Below are positions 7,985-17,565 of a stretch of 64,000 nucleotides of DNA, one piece after another. The notes under the pieces were generated by a model. That model made no database searches and had not been told where the DNA came from. It saw only the letters and a program-made list of their open reading frames with translations. A program made the translations under genes and the position numbers. This DNA comes from Clostridia bacterium (GTDB taxonomy: Bacteria; Bacillota; Clostridia; Christensenellales; DTU072). The stretch covers positions 3,752 to 67,751 of the forward strand of contig JAFXIB010000109.1 of assembly GCA_017533505.1 (NCBI GenBank). The letters are read 5' to 3'. Position 1 is the stretch's first letter. Each line of letters opens with the position of its first letter.

Positions 7985-10900
7985 TTAAAATTCGATAACT
8001 TCGCCTCTGTTGAGCACAAAAACTGCCTTGCGAGATAGCTTTTTGCCACTCATCTCTTCATACGCCTTGGAATAAAGCTCTATTTGACGGGCATATCTTA
8101 CCCTCAAAGTGTCAATTGGAGCACCCGAAACCTTGTAATCAATCAAAATATTTTCTTCCCCTTCTACAAGAAGGTCCATAATGCCTTGCACAAGGGTATA
8201 ATCATCTGTTTGAACACCATCAAGCACTTCGCATGCAGGTGCGTAGTATATAAACTCCTGCTCGCGCCTACTTGTGCCCTTGCGCACATTGTCAAAGAGT
8301 GGATGATTCAAGCTCTTTTTGATTATCTCTGGCTCTACCACACCCTTGCCTATCTCGCCAGCACTCTCAAGTGACTCCACAAATGCTTGGATTGACTCAA
8401 TATCCCTCATATTGAAGTCTATGAGTTCCATAACTTTGTGGTAATCTATACCTTTTTCGATACTTTGGGTATCCAAAGTTTGTGTAAACGATATTTCTTC
8501 GCCCCTGTTTGCATTGAGACCTGTTACAGTATACTTATTAGACAGCAAGGTGCTTTCTTTGTAAGCATACTCCTTGAATGAGAGCTTGTCGCTTGCTTCA
8601 ATGGGGGATTCCTTTAGCTTTTGGGTAGCAGTTTGAAGCTCGTCGCACCTTGGATTTACCACGATTTTTATTTCTGGATTTTGGTTGTGGGCATATATTA
8701 CCCAATCCATAAATGTTTCAAGCTCACTTGGAAGAGCATACTTTGCACTACCTTTTAGTGCAATAGCATCATCTTCGAGCTTTGCTTTGCCACTAACATA
8801 AAGTCTGCATTTTGCACGCGTAAAGGCAACATACATCAAACGCAGAGCTTCGTACTTTTGCTTTTGCAGTATGCCCATTTCTATCGCCTTGCGACGAGTT
8901 GTCTTTATGGTTGCGCCACTTGCGTGGTCAAAATCGTTGGTACCAACACCATATCTTGAATCTATAACTATGGTTTGCTTTTCGGCACTCTTGTTCATCT
9001 CCGAGCCACAATGTGCCATAAACACAACAGGATACTCCAAGCCCTTACTCTTGTGTACCGTCATCATATTGACTGCATCAAGAGCGCTTTGTGGCTCCTC
9101 TATTTTGAACTCTACCCCACTATCCAAAAACTCAAGATAACTATCAAGACTTACACTAAACTTTTTGGCGCGTAGTGCTTGGATAAAAGCATTATAGTAA
9201 TTTATCCTATCGGCATTGCCACCAGCAAACAAGGTGTTGATGTATCCACTTTCTGTCATAATGGTGCCTATTAGAGTGGGAACATCAACAAGTGCAGAAA
9301 GCTTTTTGTAGCGAACTACCTTATCAAAGAAGTTGTCTATCTTTGAGCGTAGCACACCACTATATGCCAAAACAGCCTCGTGGAAAAATTTTAGCTTGTA
9401 ATTTTGTTTTCTTATTTCAGCAAGTTCGCCTTCGGTAAATCCACCAAAATATGATAGCATAGCACCAGACAAGTGGAAGTCTTGCTTGAAGTTGTCAATG
9501 GTCCTCAAGTAGCAGTTGATAGCATCAACATCCCCTGTTGGAGCTTCACCATCAAAACCTTCTGCGCTATAAGGGATATTGTACTCATCAAAGACTCTAC
9601 GCGTGCCCTTGGACTTGGATTTTGTACGATATAAAATAGCAATATCGCTATACCTCAATGGGCGATAACCTTTTATCGCTCTATCATATATTTGTTCTTT
9701 GCCAACAAGCTCTACTATCTTGTTTGCAATATAGTGGTCTTCGGCTTCCTCTTCCTTTATATACTTTTTGCCATCCTTAACCGAGTAAACAAAGTTATCT
9801 GCTTCCTCTTTTTCCTTTTGGTTTTCCCTAAAGACAGCAACTTCTACTTCTGGCTTCATGGCAATATTTTCGTCATCAAGACCTTTTACGCCAAACAAGG
9901 AGTCCTTCTTGTAGTCAATTCCACCAAAATCGTAGGTCATCAGTTCGGAGAATACCCTATCCACAAAGGTGAGCACCTCTTGAGCTGAACGGAAGTTTTT
10001 GTTGAGTGGAACATTTTTGCCATCTTCTTCCGTTTGATAGCGATTGAGCTTATCAAGGAAAATTTGTGGCTCTGCTTCTCTAAATCCGTAGATTGCTTGC
10101 TTTACATCGCCTACCATAAATAGATTGCCACGAGCAATCTTTTTGAAAATGGCTTCTTGGAGCTTGTTGGTATCTTGATACTCATCAAGGAAAATGTAGT
10201 CTATACTTTCGCTGAACTCTTTTGCTATGGCTTTGTTTTCAAAAATCTTGAGAGCACATCTTTCGATATCTTCGAAGTCTTGCTTGTTCTCTTCCATTTT
10301 GATTTCTTGATACCTTATGCGTACCTTTTCCACAATATCAAGAATTTTTGCTACAAGACGCTTGCTGTCATTGTCTTCGCGCCTCAACTCAACAATACCC
10401 TTGCCAAAATACTCTTTGGCTCCTTGGAGAAGCTCCTTCGCCCTATCGTTGATCACACCAAGTTCCTCAATGTACTTGAGATTTTCTTCGGAGCAACTCT
10501 TTAACTTGCGTGGCATCGAGCTTAATCCACCTTCTCCCTCTATTAGCTCCACAAATCCAAGGTCGTCTTGATGCATTATATCGGAGCATAGGTCGTCAAG
10601 CTCGGTTGCTTTGTTGTAGTTATCCTGCCTTTCCTTGTCAGTAGCATCCTTGACTTCAAGCGCCTTTTTGACCATGCTCTCTGTTTGTGAACGCATCTTG
10701 CCAAAAGCCTTACGATAGTAGGCAATATAATCTTTGACAGCCTTACTTTCCAAAAAGTCCTTTTCTGCCTCCAGCTTTGCAAAAGCCATAAAGGTTGCAG
10801 GGCTCTCTTGTGCAGAAAGGAAGTTAAGGACAAGCTTGATGGTTTCCTTGAGCCCATCAAAATTTTTAGACTTGCTATAAAGTGTGGCAAGCTCGTTGAA

Positions 10901-11356
10901 TGTGTCATCACCACTCTTGATAAGCTCAACAAAGACTTCGTCCATTGCGCGTGTTTTGAGCATGGTACCTTCTTCATCATCAAGCATATCAAGGCTGGGC
11001 GCACTGCCGATTTCTTCAAAATAGCGTTTGTATATCTGCCCACATATAGCATCAATGGTGCCTATGAATGCAAAGGGGAGCAATCTCAACTGTTCTTTGT
11101 AGTGCGTAGCACTCTCGCCACCTAAACGAATGGCATCAGAAAGCTTTTCAGTGAGTTTTTCGCGCATATCACTTGCGCTTGCTTTGGTGAATGTCAAAAT
11201 AATCAGCCTACTTATAGAGCCAGTCTTTAAGTAACGCATGATTTTTTCCACCATAACGGTGGTCTTGCCACTACCAGCACTTGCTGATACCAGCATATCC
11301 TTATCAATGAATTCAAGAGCAGGTGCTTGACCGCTTTTTACAAAATCAATAGCCAT
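7985..11356 (-). CDS. addA: ATP-dependent helicase/nuclease AddA (RexA)
   Basis: UvrD-type Walker A (SAGSGKTTVMVEK), helicase motifs (FLDEYQDTN, VGDVKQAIYGFR, MTVHKSKGLEYPVVF) and a C-terminal PD-(D/E)XK nuclease (LIDYKVSG). I chose the ATG at 11356 because it follows GGAG. The ATG at 11374 listed in the ORF track has no RBS. The gene overlaps the addB stop. Confidence 0.9.
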   Translation of the reverse strand: MAIDFVKSGQAPALEFIDKDMLVSASAGSGKTTVMVEKIMRYLKTGSISRLIILTFTKASASDMREKLTEKLSDAIRLGGESATHYKEQLRLLPFAFIGTIDAICGQIYKRYFEEIGSAPSLDMLDDEEGTMLKTRAMDEVFVELIKSGDDTFNELATLYSKSKNFDGLKETIKLVLNFLSAQESPATFMAFAKLEAEKDFLESKAVKDYIAYYRKAFGKMRSQTESMVKKALEVKDATDKERQDNYNKATELDDLCSDIMHQDDLGFVELIEGEGGLSSMPRKLKSCSEENLKYIEELGVINDRAKELLQGAKEYFGKGIVELRREDNDSKRLVAKILDIVEKVRIRYQEIKMEENKQDFEDIERCALKIFENKAIAKEFSESIDYIFLDEYQDTNKLQEAIFKKIARGNLFMVGDVKQAIYGFREAEPQIFLDKLNRYQTEEDGKNVPLNKNFRSAQEVLTFVDRVFSELMTYDFGGIDYKKDSLFGVKGLDDENIAMKPEVEVAVFRENQKEKEEADNFVYSVKDGKKYIKEEEAEDHYIANKIVELVGKEQIYDRAIKGYRPLRYSDIAILYRTKSKSKGTRRVFDEYNIPYSAEGFDGEAPTGDVDAINCYLRTIDNFKQDFHLSGAMLSYFGGFTEGELAEIRKQNYKLKFFHEAVLAYSGVLRSKIDNFFDKVVRYKKLSALVDVPTLIGTIMTESGYINTLFAGGNADRINYYNAFIQALRAKKFSVSLDSYLEFLDSGVEFKIEEPQSALDAVNMMTVHKSKGLEYPVVFMAHCGSEMNKSAEKQTIVIDSRYGVGTNDFDHASGATIKTTRRKAIEMGILQKQKYEALRLMYVAFTRAKCRLYVSGKAKLEDDAIALKGSAKYALPSELETFMDWVIYAHNQNPEIKIVVNPRCDELQTATQKLKESPIEASDKLSFKEYAYKESTLLSNKYTVTGLNANRGEEISFTQTLDTQSIEKGIDYHKVMELIDFNMRDIESIQAFVESLESAGEIGKGVVEPEIIKKSLNHPLFDNVRKGTSRREQEFIYYAPACEVLDGVQTDDYTLVQGIMDLLVEGEENILIDYKVSGAPIDTLRVRYARQIELYSKAYEEMSGKKLSRKAVFVLNRGEVIEF

Positions 11357-14300
11357 TTCCTTCTCCTTCTTCATCCATATTTACTGCAAGTGGTGTGTTT
11401 TGGGTGCGCTCTTCCCTTTCCATACCATCCTTTGCTCCACCACAAATTGCCTTGTAGCCACAATGCTCGCAACTGCCTTTGATGGGCGCACGGTCAATAT
11501 AGCCATCACCAATTTCCTTGATAGCAACTGGTATCACCTTTTGAACATATTTGAGTATGATGTCCATTTCTTCATCGGTGAGTTTGTTCTTTTTGCTTAA
11601 AGATGTTACCTCTCCACCCTTGACCTTAAAGTTGATGGGGATAATGTCCGATGTTACCGAATTCTTGCCGTCCTCGACAGCCCTTTGATAAGCATCTCGG
11701 TCGAGCGCTTTTACATTGTCGGCCGTAAGCACGATTTGCCCAGTAAAACGATAGTTTCTGCCCTTTGAAAAATATCCACTCTTTATTGGTAGATAGAATG
11801 AGCCCATAGGCTTGAGCCCTAAACTATCGCGAAGCACCAAAAGATATAGGTATAGTTGGAGCTTTTCGCCATAGTATACCTTGTGGATTTCGCTCTTTGG
11901 AGCGCCGGTTTTATAGTCAATAGCGATTGCTACATCTTCGCCACAAATGTTGCTGATGTCCACTCTGTCTATTTTACCGTGGAAGGTTATATCGCCATAG
12001 GGGGTATGGAAGCAAGCAGGCTTGACAGCTCCCTCTCTTGAACTAAACTCCAACTCAATATAGCTGGGCTCAAATGAGCCCTTTAGTACATTATCAGTTA
12101 GGTCCAATGCTGTTTGGCGCGTTTCCTTACGGAGTCGCTTGATAAGGTATCCAAGAGATGGGTCCCTTGTTAGATATGCAAGCTCTTCAGAATCAAACAC
12201 TTCGCTGACAGCTTGGTCGGCAAGCTTTTCCAAAGTTTCTCTGTCCAACACTCTCAACTTACCAAGTGTCTTTTTGAAGTATCTCTCCAACACTTCGTGC
12301 ACAAATGTACCTACATCTGCAACGCGAAGCACTCCAGATGGCCTTTCTTGGAGCTTAAGTCCAAATTGCAAATAGTGCCTATATGGGCAAGCAAAATATT
12401 GCTCTAATTGTGTAACCTTTGAGTGCTTGTCATCACCAAATGTGTAGACAAGTGGTACACTTTCAAGTGGCTTTTCTTCCTCTTCAAAAAGCTCCCTTTC
12501 TTCTTTTTTAAGGGTGGCATATATCCTTGAACGCATCTCGGGCGCAATAGCCTTTCTGTTGCTTTGCATAAATGTATAGAAGGCGTTTTGCTCGCTACCA
12601 ACTGCATCTTCAACTTCTTCAAGCGAGCTACTCTCATTGAGTGCAAAATCATCACTCAAGCGCTCTATTTTCTTGTTAAGCAAGCGAGAAATATCCTTCA
12701 ATGCTTCCGATGGCTTATTTTGGGTTGCATCAACCCCGATTTCTGGATACCCTATATACAATTTTTCGGTTTTTGTAAGCAAATCTATGAACGCAAAGCG
12801 CTCTTCCCTTATCCTATCAAGGGGTGTAGGATAGAGCCTTATGCCACTTTCTTCCAGCCTATCCATATCAAGGGGCGATACTATCGCTTGATAGCCATGC
12901 AATGTGGGAAGATTGTCACTCGTTGCGCCAATAACAAATATCGCTTTTTGACTTATGATACAGCTTTCACGCAATGAGCCTACAAAAACTGCATCTATAA
13001 ATCTTGGTATAAGTGCAACCTCTTCGGCTTCAGCTGAAGCTGAAAGCATCTTCCTAAAACCAGTTGCGTTTTCTTTGTCGTCGCCAAACAACCTTACATA
13101 CTCATCAAGAATTTGCTTGAGCCTATCCTTTGCTTGAATGTTGAGAGCAACAATAAGTGCATCTTGACCATCAAGTGTTTCTTGTAGCTTATGGTCCAAA
13201 GATGGGCTATCTATAATATCCACAATCCTTTCTGCAAAATATGATATTGACCTTTCTCTATCAAAAGGCGCGCAAATGGCAATCATTTTTTCTCTTATTT
13301 CTTCAAGCTCAACATTGTCAAAGGGCTTCAAAAAGTCATCATAGCTAAAGTTTTTGGCAAGAATATAGTTTTCAAAGTCGGTTATCTTTTGATAATCACT
13401 ATTAAACAATGGGCTCTTGACAAGTGCTCTTACCTTATCCAGCCTATATCCATACCTAACAACATCCAAAATACTGATGATGTACTTGTAAACAACAGAC
13501 ATCGTAAGTGGATATCTTTCGTCCATAAAGTGTGGAATGCCATATCTTGTCAGTATTTCTTTGAAATCGGTAGATGCACCATCAATGCAATCGATGACGG
13601 ATATATCCTTATATCTCAAGCCCTCTCTTCTCACAAGACGGAGAATTTCCCTTGCAACTGCATTATATTGCTCATAAGTGCTACTCTCTCTAAATAGCTT
13701 GATACAATTTTTATCATCGCTGGCAGTTGCTTTTGAAACAGCAAAAACATTTTGGTTGAGTGTCCTAAATGGCTCTTTGACAACTTCGTAGGCACTTTCG
13801 CCTCCATCAATTTCCACCTTTGCTTCTTTGAGCTTGTAGGTCAGCCTTTCCAATACGCCAATTGGATATAACTCGTGATTTGCTCCATAATTTGTATCAA
13901 GTAACGCAATAGTAACACCCTTTGAGTATTGTGAAAGAGCTACTATAATATCAATTTGCTTTTCGGAAAGTGAGTCAAATCCATATAGGTAAAAATAGCT
14001 TTCTTCCACCTTTTTGGATGTGGAAATCTCCTTTTGCAACATCTCAAGTCTTGTGGTGGAGTCGCTAAACTCGGTTAGCACCTCCATGTACTCGCGATAT
14101 AGGAGCAAAATATCCTTTGCTTTTTGGAGAGTGGTGCCACTCAACTTCAAAAGACTTTCTTCAAACTCGGCAACCGATATTCCATTGTTGCGAATGGATG
14201 CTATGACTGCATACATCTCCCCTGCAAAACCATCAGAAAGAGAGGCCTTTGCGTAATGTACAAGCTCATTTTGAACTTTGTTGATTACCTTTTTGAAAAA

Positions 14301-14615
14301 TAAAACTGCACCTTGCTTGCTCAAGGTATAACCGATTTTGCCAGCAAGAAGCTTTTTTGCAAAACGCATAAATGATACTACTTCAATATTCATAGAGCCA
14401 CGGAGCTTGAGCTTTTCAAGCACAACTTGCTCTGCGTTTGTGATATGTGAAGCATCTGGGGCGATTCTCTCAAACACAACCTTTTCTGCACTCAAAGCAT
14501 GTGCGTCCGGAACAATGACAATGTGACGGCCCTTGGTGTGGTCGTTTTTTGCAATTTGGTCTATGACAGCATTCATGCCAGCATTTGTTGTGTTTGATGT
14601 GATAATCTTTATCAT
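11346..14615 (-). CDS. addB: ATP-dependent helicase/nuclease AddB (RexB), with an Fe-S cluster nuclease domain
   Basis: The size and its position immediately upstream of addA fit AddB. It has a RecB-like nuclease motif (IDYKTG) flanked by the four AddB iron-sulfur cysteines (FACPYRHY ... CEHCGYKAIC). I place the start at the ATG at 14615, preceded by GAAAGGAAAA. Confidence 0.9.
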   Translation of the reverse strand: MIKIITSNTTNAGMNAVIDQIAKNDHTKGRHIVIVPDAHALSAEKVVFERIAPDASHITNAEQVVLEKLKLRGSMNIEVVSFMRFAKKLLAGKIGYTLSKQGAVLFFKKVINKVQNELVHYAKASLSDGFAGEMYAVIASIRNNGISVAEFEESLLKLSGTTLQKAKDILLLYREYMEVLTEFSDSTTRLEMLQKEISTSKKVEESYFYLYGFDSLSEKQIDIIVALSQYSKGVTIALLDTNYGANHELYPIGVLERLTYKLKEAKVEIDGGESAYEVVKEPFRTLNQNVFAVSKATASDDKNCIKLFRESSTYEQYNAVAREILRLVRREGLRYKDISVIDCIDGASTDFKEILTRYGIPHFMDERYPLTMSVVYKYIISILDVVRYGYRLDKVRALVKSPLFNSDYQKITDFENYILAKNFSYDDFLKPFDNVELEEIREKMIAICAPFDRERSISYFAERIVDIIDSPSLDHKLQETLDGQDALIVALNIQAKDRLKQILDEYVRLFGDDKENATGFRKMLSASAEAEEVALIPRFIDAVFVGSLRESCIISQKAIFVIGATSDNLPTLHGYQAIVSPLDMDRLEESGIRLYPTPLDRIREERFAFIDLLTKTEKLYIGYPEIGVDATQNKPSEALKDISRLLNKKIERLSDDFALNESSSLEEVEDAVGSEQNAFYTFMQSNRKAIAPEMRSRIYATLKKEERELFEEEEKPLESVPLVYTFGDDKHSKVTQLEQYFACPYRHYLQFGLKLQERPSGVLRVADVGTFVHEVLERYFKKTLGKLRVLDRETLEKLADQAVSEVFDSEELAYLTRDPSLGYLIKRLRKETRQTALDLTDNVLKGSFEPSYIELEFSSREGAVKPACFHTPYGDITFHGKIDRVDISNICGEDVAIAIDYKTGAPKSEIHKVYYGEKLQLYLYLLVLRDSLGLKPMGSFYLPIKSGYFSKGRNYRFTGQIVLTADNVKALDRDAYQRAVEDGKNSVTSDIIPINFKVKGGEVTSLSKKNKLTDEEMDIILKYVQKVIPVAIKEIGDGYIDRAPIKGSCEHCGYKAICGGAKDGMEREERTQNTPLAVNMDEEGEGNGY

Positions 14616-14724
14616 AGGTTTTCCTTTCGCGTGCGCGCAAGCGTACACATAATACATTAACATAGTAATGCGATTTTTTCAAGTCGTAATTTATTTTAAG
14701 GGATGGCTTGTCCCATTTTTGGGA

Positions 14725-16944
14725 CTAAAATAATCTTGCACAAATCATAGAGCAGTCATCTCTATGCTCGGGAGAAAGGCGTTCTATGTTATCCATAACC
14801 ACCGAGCATATTTCATCGGGATTGCGAGTATCTATTTTTGATAAAATACTCTCCAAATTTTCCTTGCCAAGACCATCAATTACGCCATCAGAACAAAGCA
14901 CCAAAAAATCTCGTGGTGTAAGCGTGTGCGTTTCGGCAATAGGACTTATGCCTTCAACAATGCCAAGTGGAAGGGAGCCTGCGCCAAGCTCAATCAAGCC
15001 ATCAGGCGTAATTATATACCCCTCTCTTGCTCCTTGCTTTATAGTATCTACTTCACCGGTGTTGGTATCAATAACGGCAATATCTATTGCGTTGAACTCT
15101 TCCTTGCTCCTGACTTTTAGCAATGTTTCGACACTTCTTAAAACAGTAAGATGGTCAAAACCAGCTTTGTATAAAGATGATATCAAAGTGATTGCTGAAG
15201 TGCTGTTTTCGTCAGCATCTCGTCCGTGCCCCATTCCGTCAGAAAGGCACAACATCACCTTGTGTGAGTTGAGCCTAATGGCAACTTCCTTGTCCCCAGA
15301 GCCTTGGTCGCTGACCGGTGACACCCTTTCGCCATATGCCACCCTATACTTTGGCTCTCTTTCCCAAAAGGTGCTAACCTTGCCATCAATGGTACTTTTG
15401 CTCTCATAAATCCACATTGGGTGTCCCATAATGCGCGAAACAATATCCCTTACTCTATTTTTGTGCGCATCACACTCTCTGATATTCATACATAGCTTGC
15501 CACCATCGTACACAACAATCTCATCTACACCTACCCCTGCATCATTGAAAGCATCCCTTAACTTTCTTTCGGTGGTTGGAGCATATAGTAAAGGTGTTCC
15601 TGTGTCCGTTGCCAAACATTCCAATATTTCACATAAGCCCTTTACTTGTTCGGTAAGCAACCTTTTGCTTTCCCCTATGGCGCTATTTTTCTTCAAGGCT
15701 TCCTGCCTTTCAAAAAGAATTTCATTTGCCTTTATGATTAGGCCATTGAGCCTAATACACCTACTGCTCAAAAAGGGAGATGCATCCAAAATACTTGCTT
15801 TGCCTATTGCTATTGCCGATGCCATAAGCTCTTGAATGACTATTTCGGTGCTGTTGCCACCAAGACTTTTTTTGCAACTTTGATAGTGCGAACACCTTTT
15901 GCATACCTTGTCAGCGACCTCCATAGATAGCTCCATTGCGTTTAGCTCCCCTTGATAGCTTTCTCCTTGCAACCCCATTACAATACCATCAAGAGCAGAA
16001 GATAGATGCATTAGTTTTTCCTTTGTTTCCATCCTATTATGATTGATTAGCGCACGGGTTACTTCTCCCCTTTCGATGTTAAAACGAGCATAAACCTTTC
16101 GTTTTATTTTTAGTGGTATAAATATAACTATCAAGGTGGCAAGGAGTGGTGCAATTAGGGTTAAATAATCCCTTCCAATGACACCAAGCAACATCAGTAT
16201 AGACCTAATTATTATGCCAAGTACTCCACCAAAATAGCTGTGTTCTTTGGGGAGTAATGTAGTAATTGTTGCATAGCAAATGGTAAACACTGCGCTTTCT
16301 ATCGAGTGGAAAATCGCTCCTATCCCAAGCCCTATCCCAACAGCTAAAGTGGGCATCAATCCAACAAAGGGCATGGATATTATAAGTAGCATGGCGACAA
16401 GGTCATAAAAGCTAAAAAATGCTATTTCCAAATACCCCATTCCTAATGCCACAATAGACATCACGCCCATAAACGAAAGCTTCTCTATGCTTGAGAGTGG
16501 GTAATTGAGTTTCTTTTTCAAAACAGCATATCCTACACTAATAAAAACCAAAAGTGCAATCATGCCAAGACTGATGCCAGCAACTTCGTAAATAAGAGCA
16601 TCGTTTAGCACGCTCCTGGTAACAGCCCTTGGCACATAGGATAAAATAGTATATAGCGCAACAAACACCACCTTGAGTGGCTTGCCAGCTTTATAGTGTA
16701 TAAGCATTGCAACAAGGGTTATAACAATGGGAGCAATCAAAAATACCAGCTTGAAAAGACTAAAATCAAAAATCAAGCCACTTGCAAAATAAAGGGGCGC
16801 AATGATTAGGATATTCTGTTTGTTGAACACAAGAGCATAAAAAAATGGTATAGCCAAAAAAGCAATACCTACTTTCCACTCTATAAAACTCAAAAGTACA
16901 AAGATTAAAGCAAATATACTATATTTAAGAATATCGGTTTTCAT
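14725..16944 (-). CDS. spoIIE: Stage II sporulation protein E (SpoIIE), membrane-bound PP2C phosphatase
   Basis: 739-aa ORF. The N-terminal ~300 aa form about 10 TM helices. The C-terminal PP2C domain carries LSDGMGHG and CSDGVIDGLG metal-binding motifs. Confidence 0.85.
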   Translation of the reverse strand: MKTDILKYSIFALIFVLLSFIEWKVGIAFLAIPFFYALVFNKQNILIIAPLYFASGLIFDFSLFKLVFLIAPIVITLVAMLIHYKAGKPLKVVFVALYTILSYVPRAVTRSVLNDALIYEVAGISLGMIALLVFISVGYAVLKKKLNYPLSSIEKLSFMGVMSIVALGMGYLEIAFFSFYDLVAMLLIISMPFVGLMPTLAVGIGLGIGAIFHSIESAVFTICYATITTLLPKEHSYFGGVLGIIIRSILMLLGVIGRDYLTLIAPLLATLIVIFIPLKIKRKVYARFNIERGEVTRALINHNRMETKEKLMHLSSALDGIVMGLQGESYQGELNAMELSMEVADKVCKRCSHYQSCKKSLGGNSTEIVIQELMASAIAIGKASILDASPFLSSRCIRLNGLIIKANEILFERQEALKKNSAIGESKRLLTEQVKGLCEILECLATDTGTPLLYAPTTERKLRDAFNDAGVGVDEIVVYDGGKLCMNIRECDAHKNRVRDIVSRIMGHPMWIYESKSTIDGKVSTFWEREPKYRVAYGERVSPVSDQGSGDKEVAIRLNSHKVMLCLSDGMGHGRDADENSTSAITLISSLYKAGFDHLTVLRSVETLLKVRSKEEFNAIDIAVIDTNTGEVDTIKQGAREGYIITPDGLIELGAGSLPLGIVEGISPIAETHTLTPRDFLVLCSDGVIDGLGKENLESILSKIDTRNPDEICSVVMDNIERLSPEHRDDCSMICARLF

Positions 16945-16949
16945 ACCGA

Positions 16950-16986
16950 CATAATAAAAGAAAACAAGCCGTATATTTTGGCTTGT
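16950..16986 (-). terminator. Rho-independent terminator ending the M6-protease...lepB operon
   Basis: On the minus strand, stem ACAAGCC / GGCTTGT (16964-16970 and 16980-16986) is followed by TTTTCTTTTATTAT, 21 nt after the lepB stop. Confidence 0.6.
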
Positions 16987-17006
16987 TTTGTCGTTTAACT
17001 ATTAAA

Positions 17007-17564
17007 TCAGGCTTTTATCCTTTTTACCACTTCGAGGTCGTCCAAAAATCCTTCGTCGGCATCATACTTTAGGATAACTCTACCAAGAATGGAATCAACT
17101 TCTCCAAGGAAGCTTGTGCGTGAGTCGGAAGAGTTTAGTCGGTTGTCGCCACAAAAATAGAATTTGCCTTCTGGTACAACTATGGGTGCATGAGCATCAC
17201 TTTCGCGTGCGCGTAGCATAGAGCCAAGATAGTTTTCTTCCTGCTTTTCGCCATTGACAAAGATAAAGTATCCTGCTCCATCTTTTTTGATTTCTACGGT
17301 GTCGCCAGGCAGTCCTATGATACGCTTGATATAGTAAGTTTCGCCACTTGAAGACTCGATGTGGGTGTTGAATACAACTATATCTCCACGCTTATACTTG
17401 CCTTGCTTAAATAGGATTACATTATCTTGGTCGTGTATGGTTTCTTCCATAGATGGTCCAGACACAGGGATGGTGTCAAACATCCAGTTGGAGAAGAAGT
17501 ATGCGCCTACCACACAGACGATAACAAGAAGTATATCAATTATAATTTTGACTGCTTTATTCAT
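17007..17564 (-). CDS. lepB: Type I signal peptidase (S26 family)
   Basis: N-terminal TM anchor followed by the S26 boxes SGPSMEETI (catalytic Ser), GDIVVF, YIKRIIGLPGD (catalytic Lys) and GDNRLNSSDSR. Confidence 0.85.
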   Translation of the reverse strand: MNKAVKIIIDILLVIVCVVGAYFFSNWMFDTIPVSGPSMEETIHDQDNVILFKQGKYKRGDIVVFNTHIESSSGETYYIKRIIGLPGDTVEIKKDGAGYFIFVNGEKQEENYLGSMLRARESDAHAPIVVPEGKFYFCGDNRLNSSDSRTSFLGEVDSILGRVILKYDADEGFLDDLEVVKRIKA

Positions 17565-17565
17565 A

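Noticed and set aside
14616-14663. 16-codon extension of addB, and the similar extensions of the PIG-L gene (60520-60633), addA (11357-11374) and GH20 (23462-23473)
   Set aside because: In each case an internal ATG is preceded by a strong GGAG-type RBS at proper spacing, while the outermost start has none. The PIG-L extension also runs into the repeat array.
14710-14725. Hairpin GTCCCA-TTTT-TGGGAC overlapping the spoIIE stop codon, as a terminator
   Set aside because: No U-tract follows it on the minus strand. addB lies only ~95 nt further on, with a possible promoter in between. The evidence is insufficient to call it.
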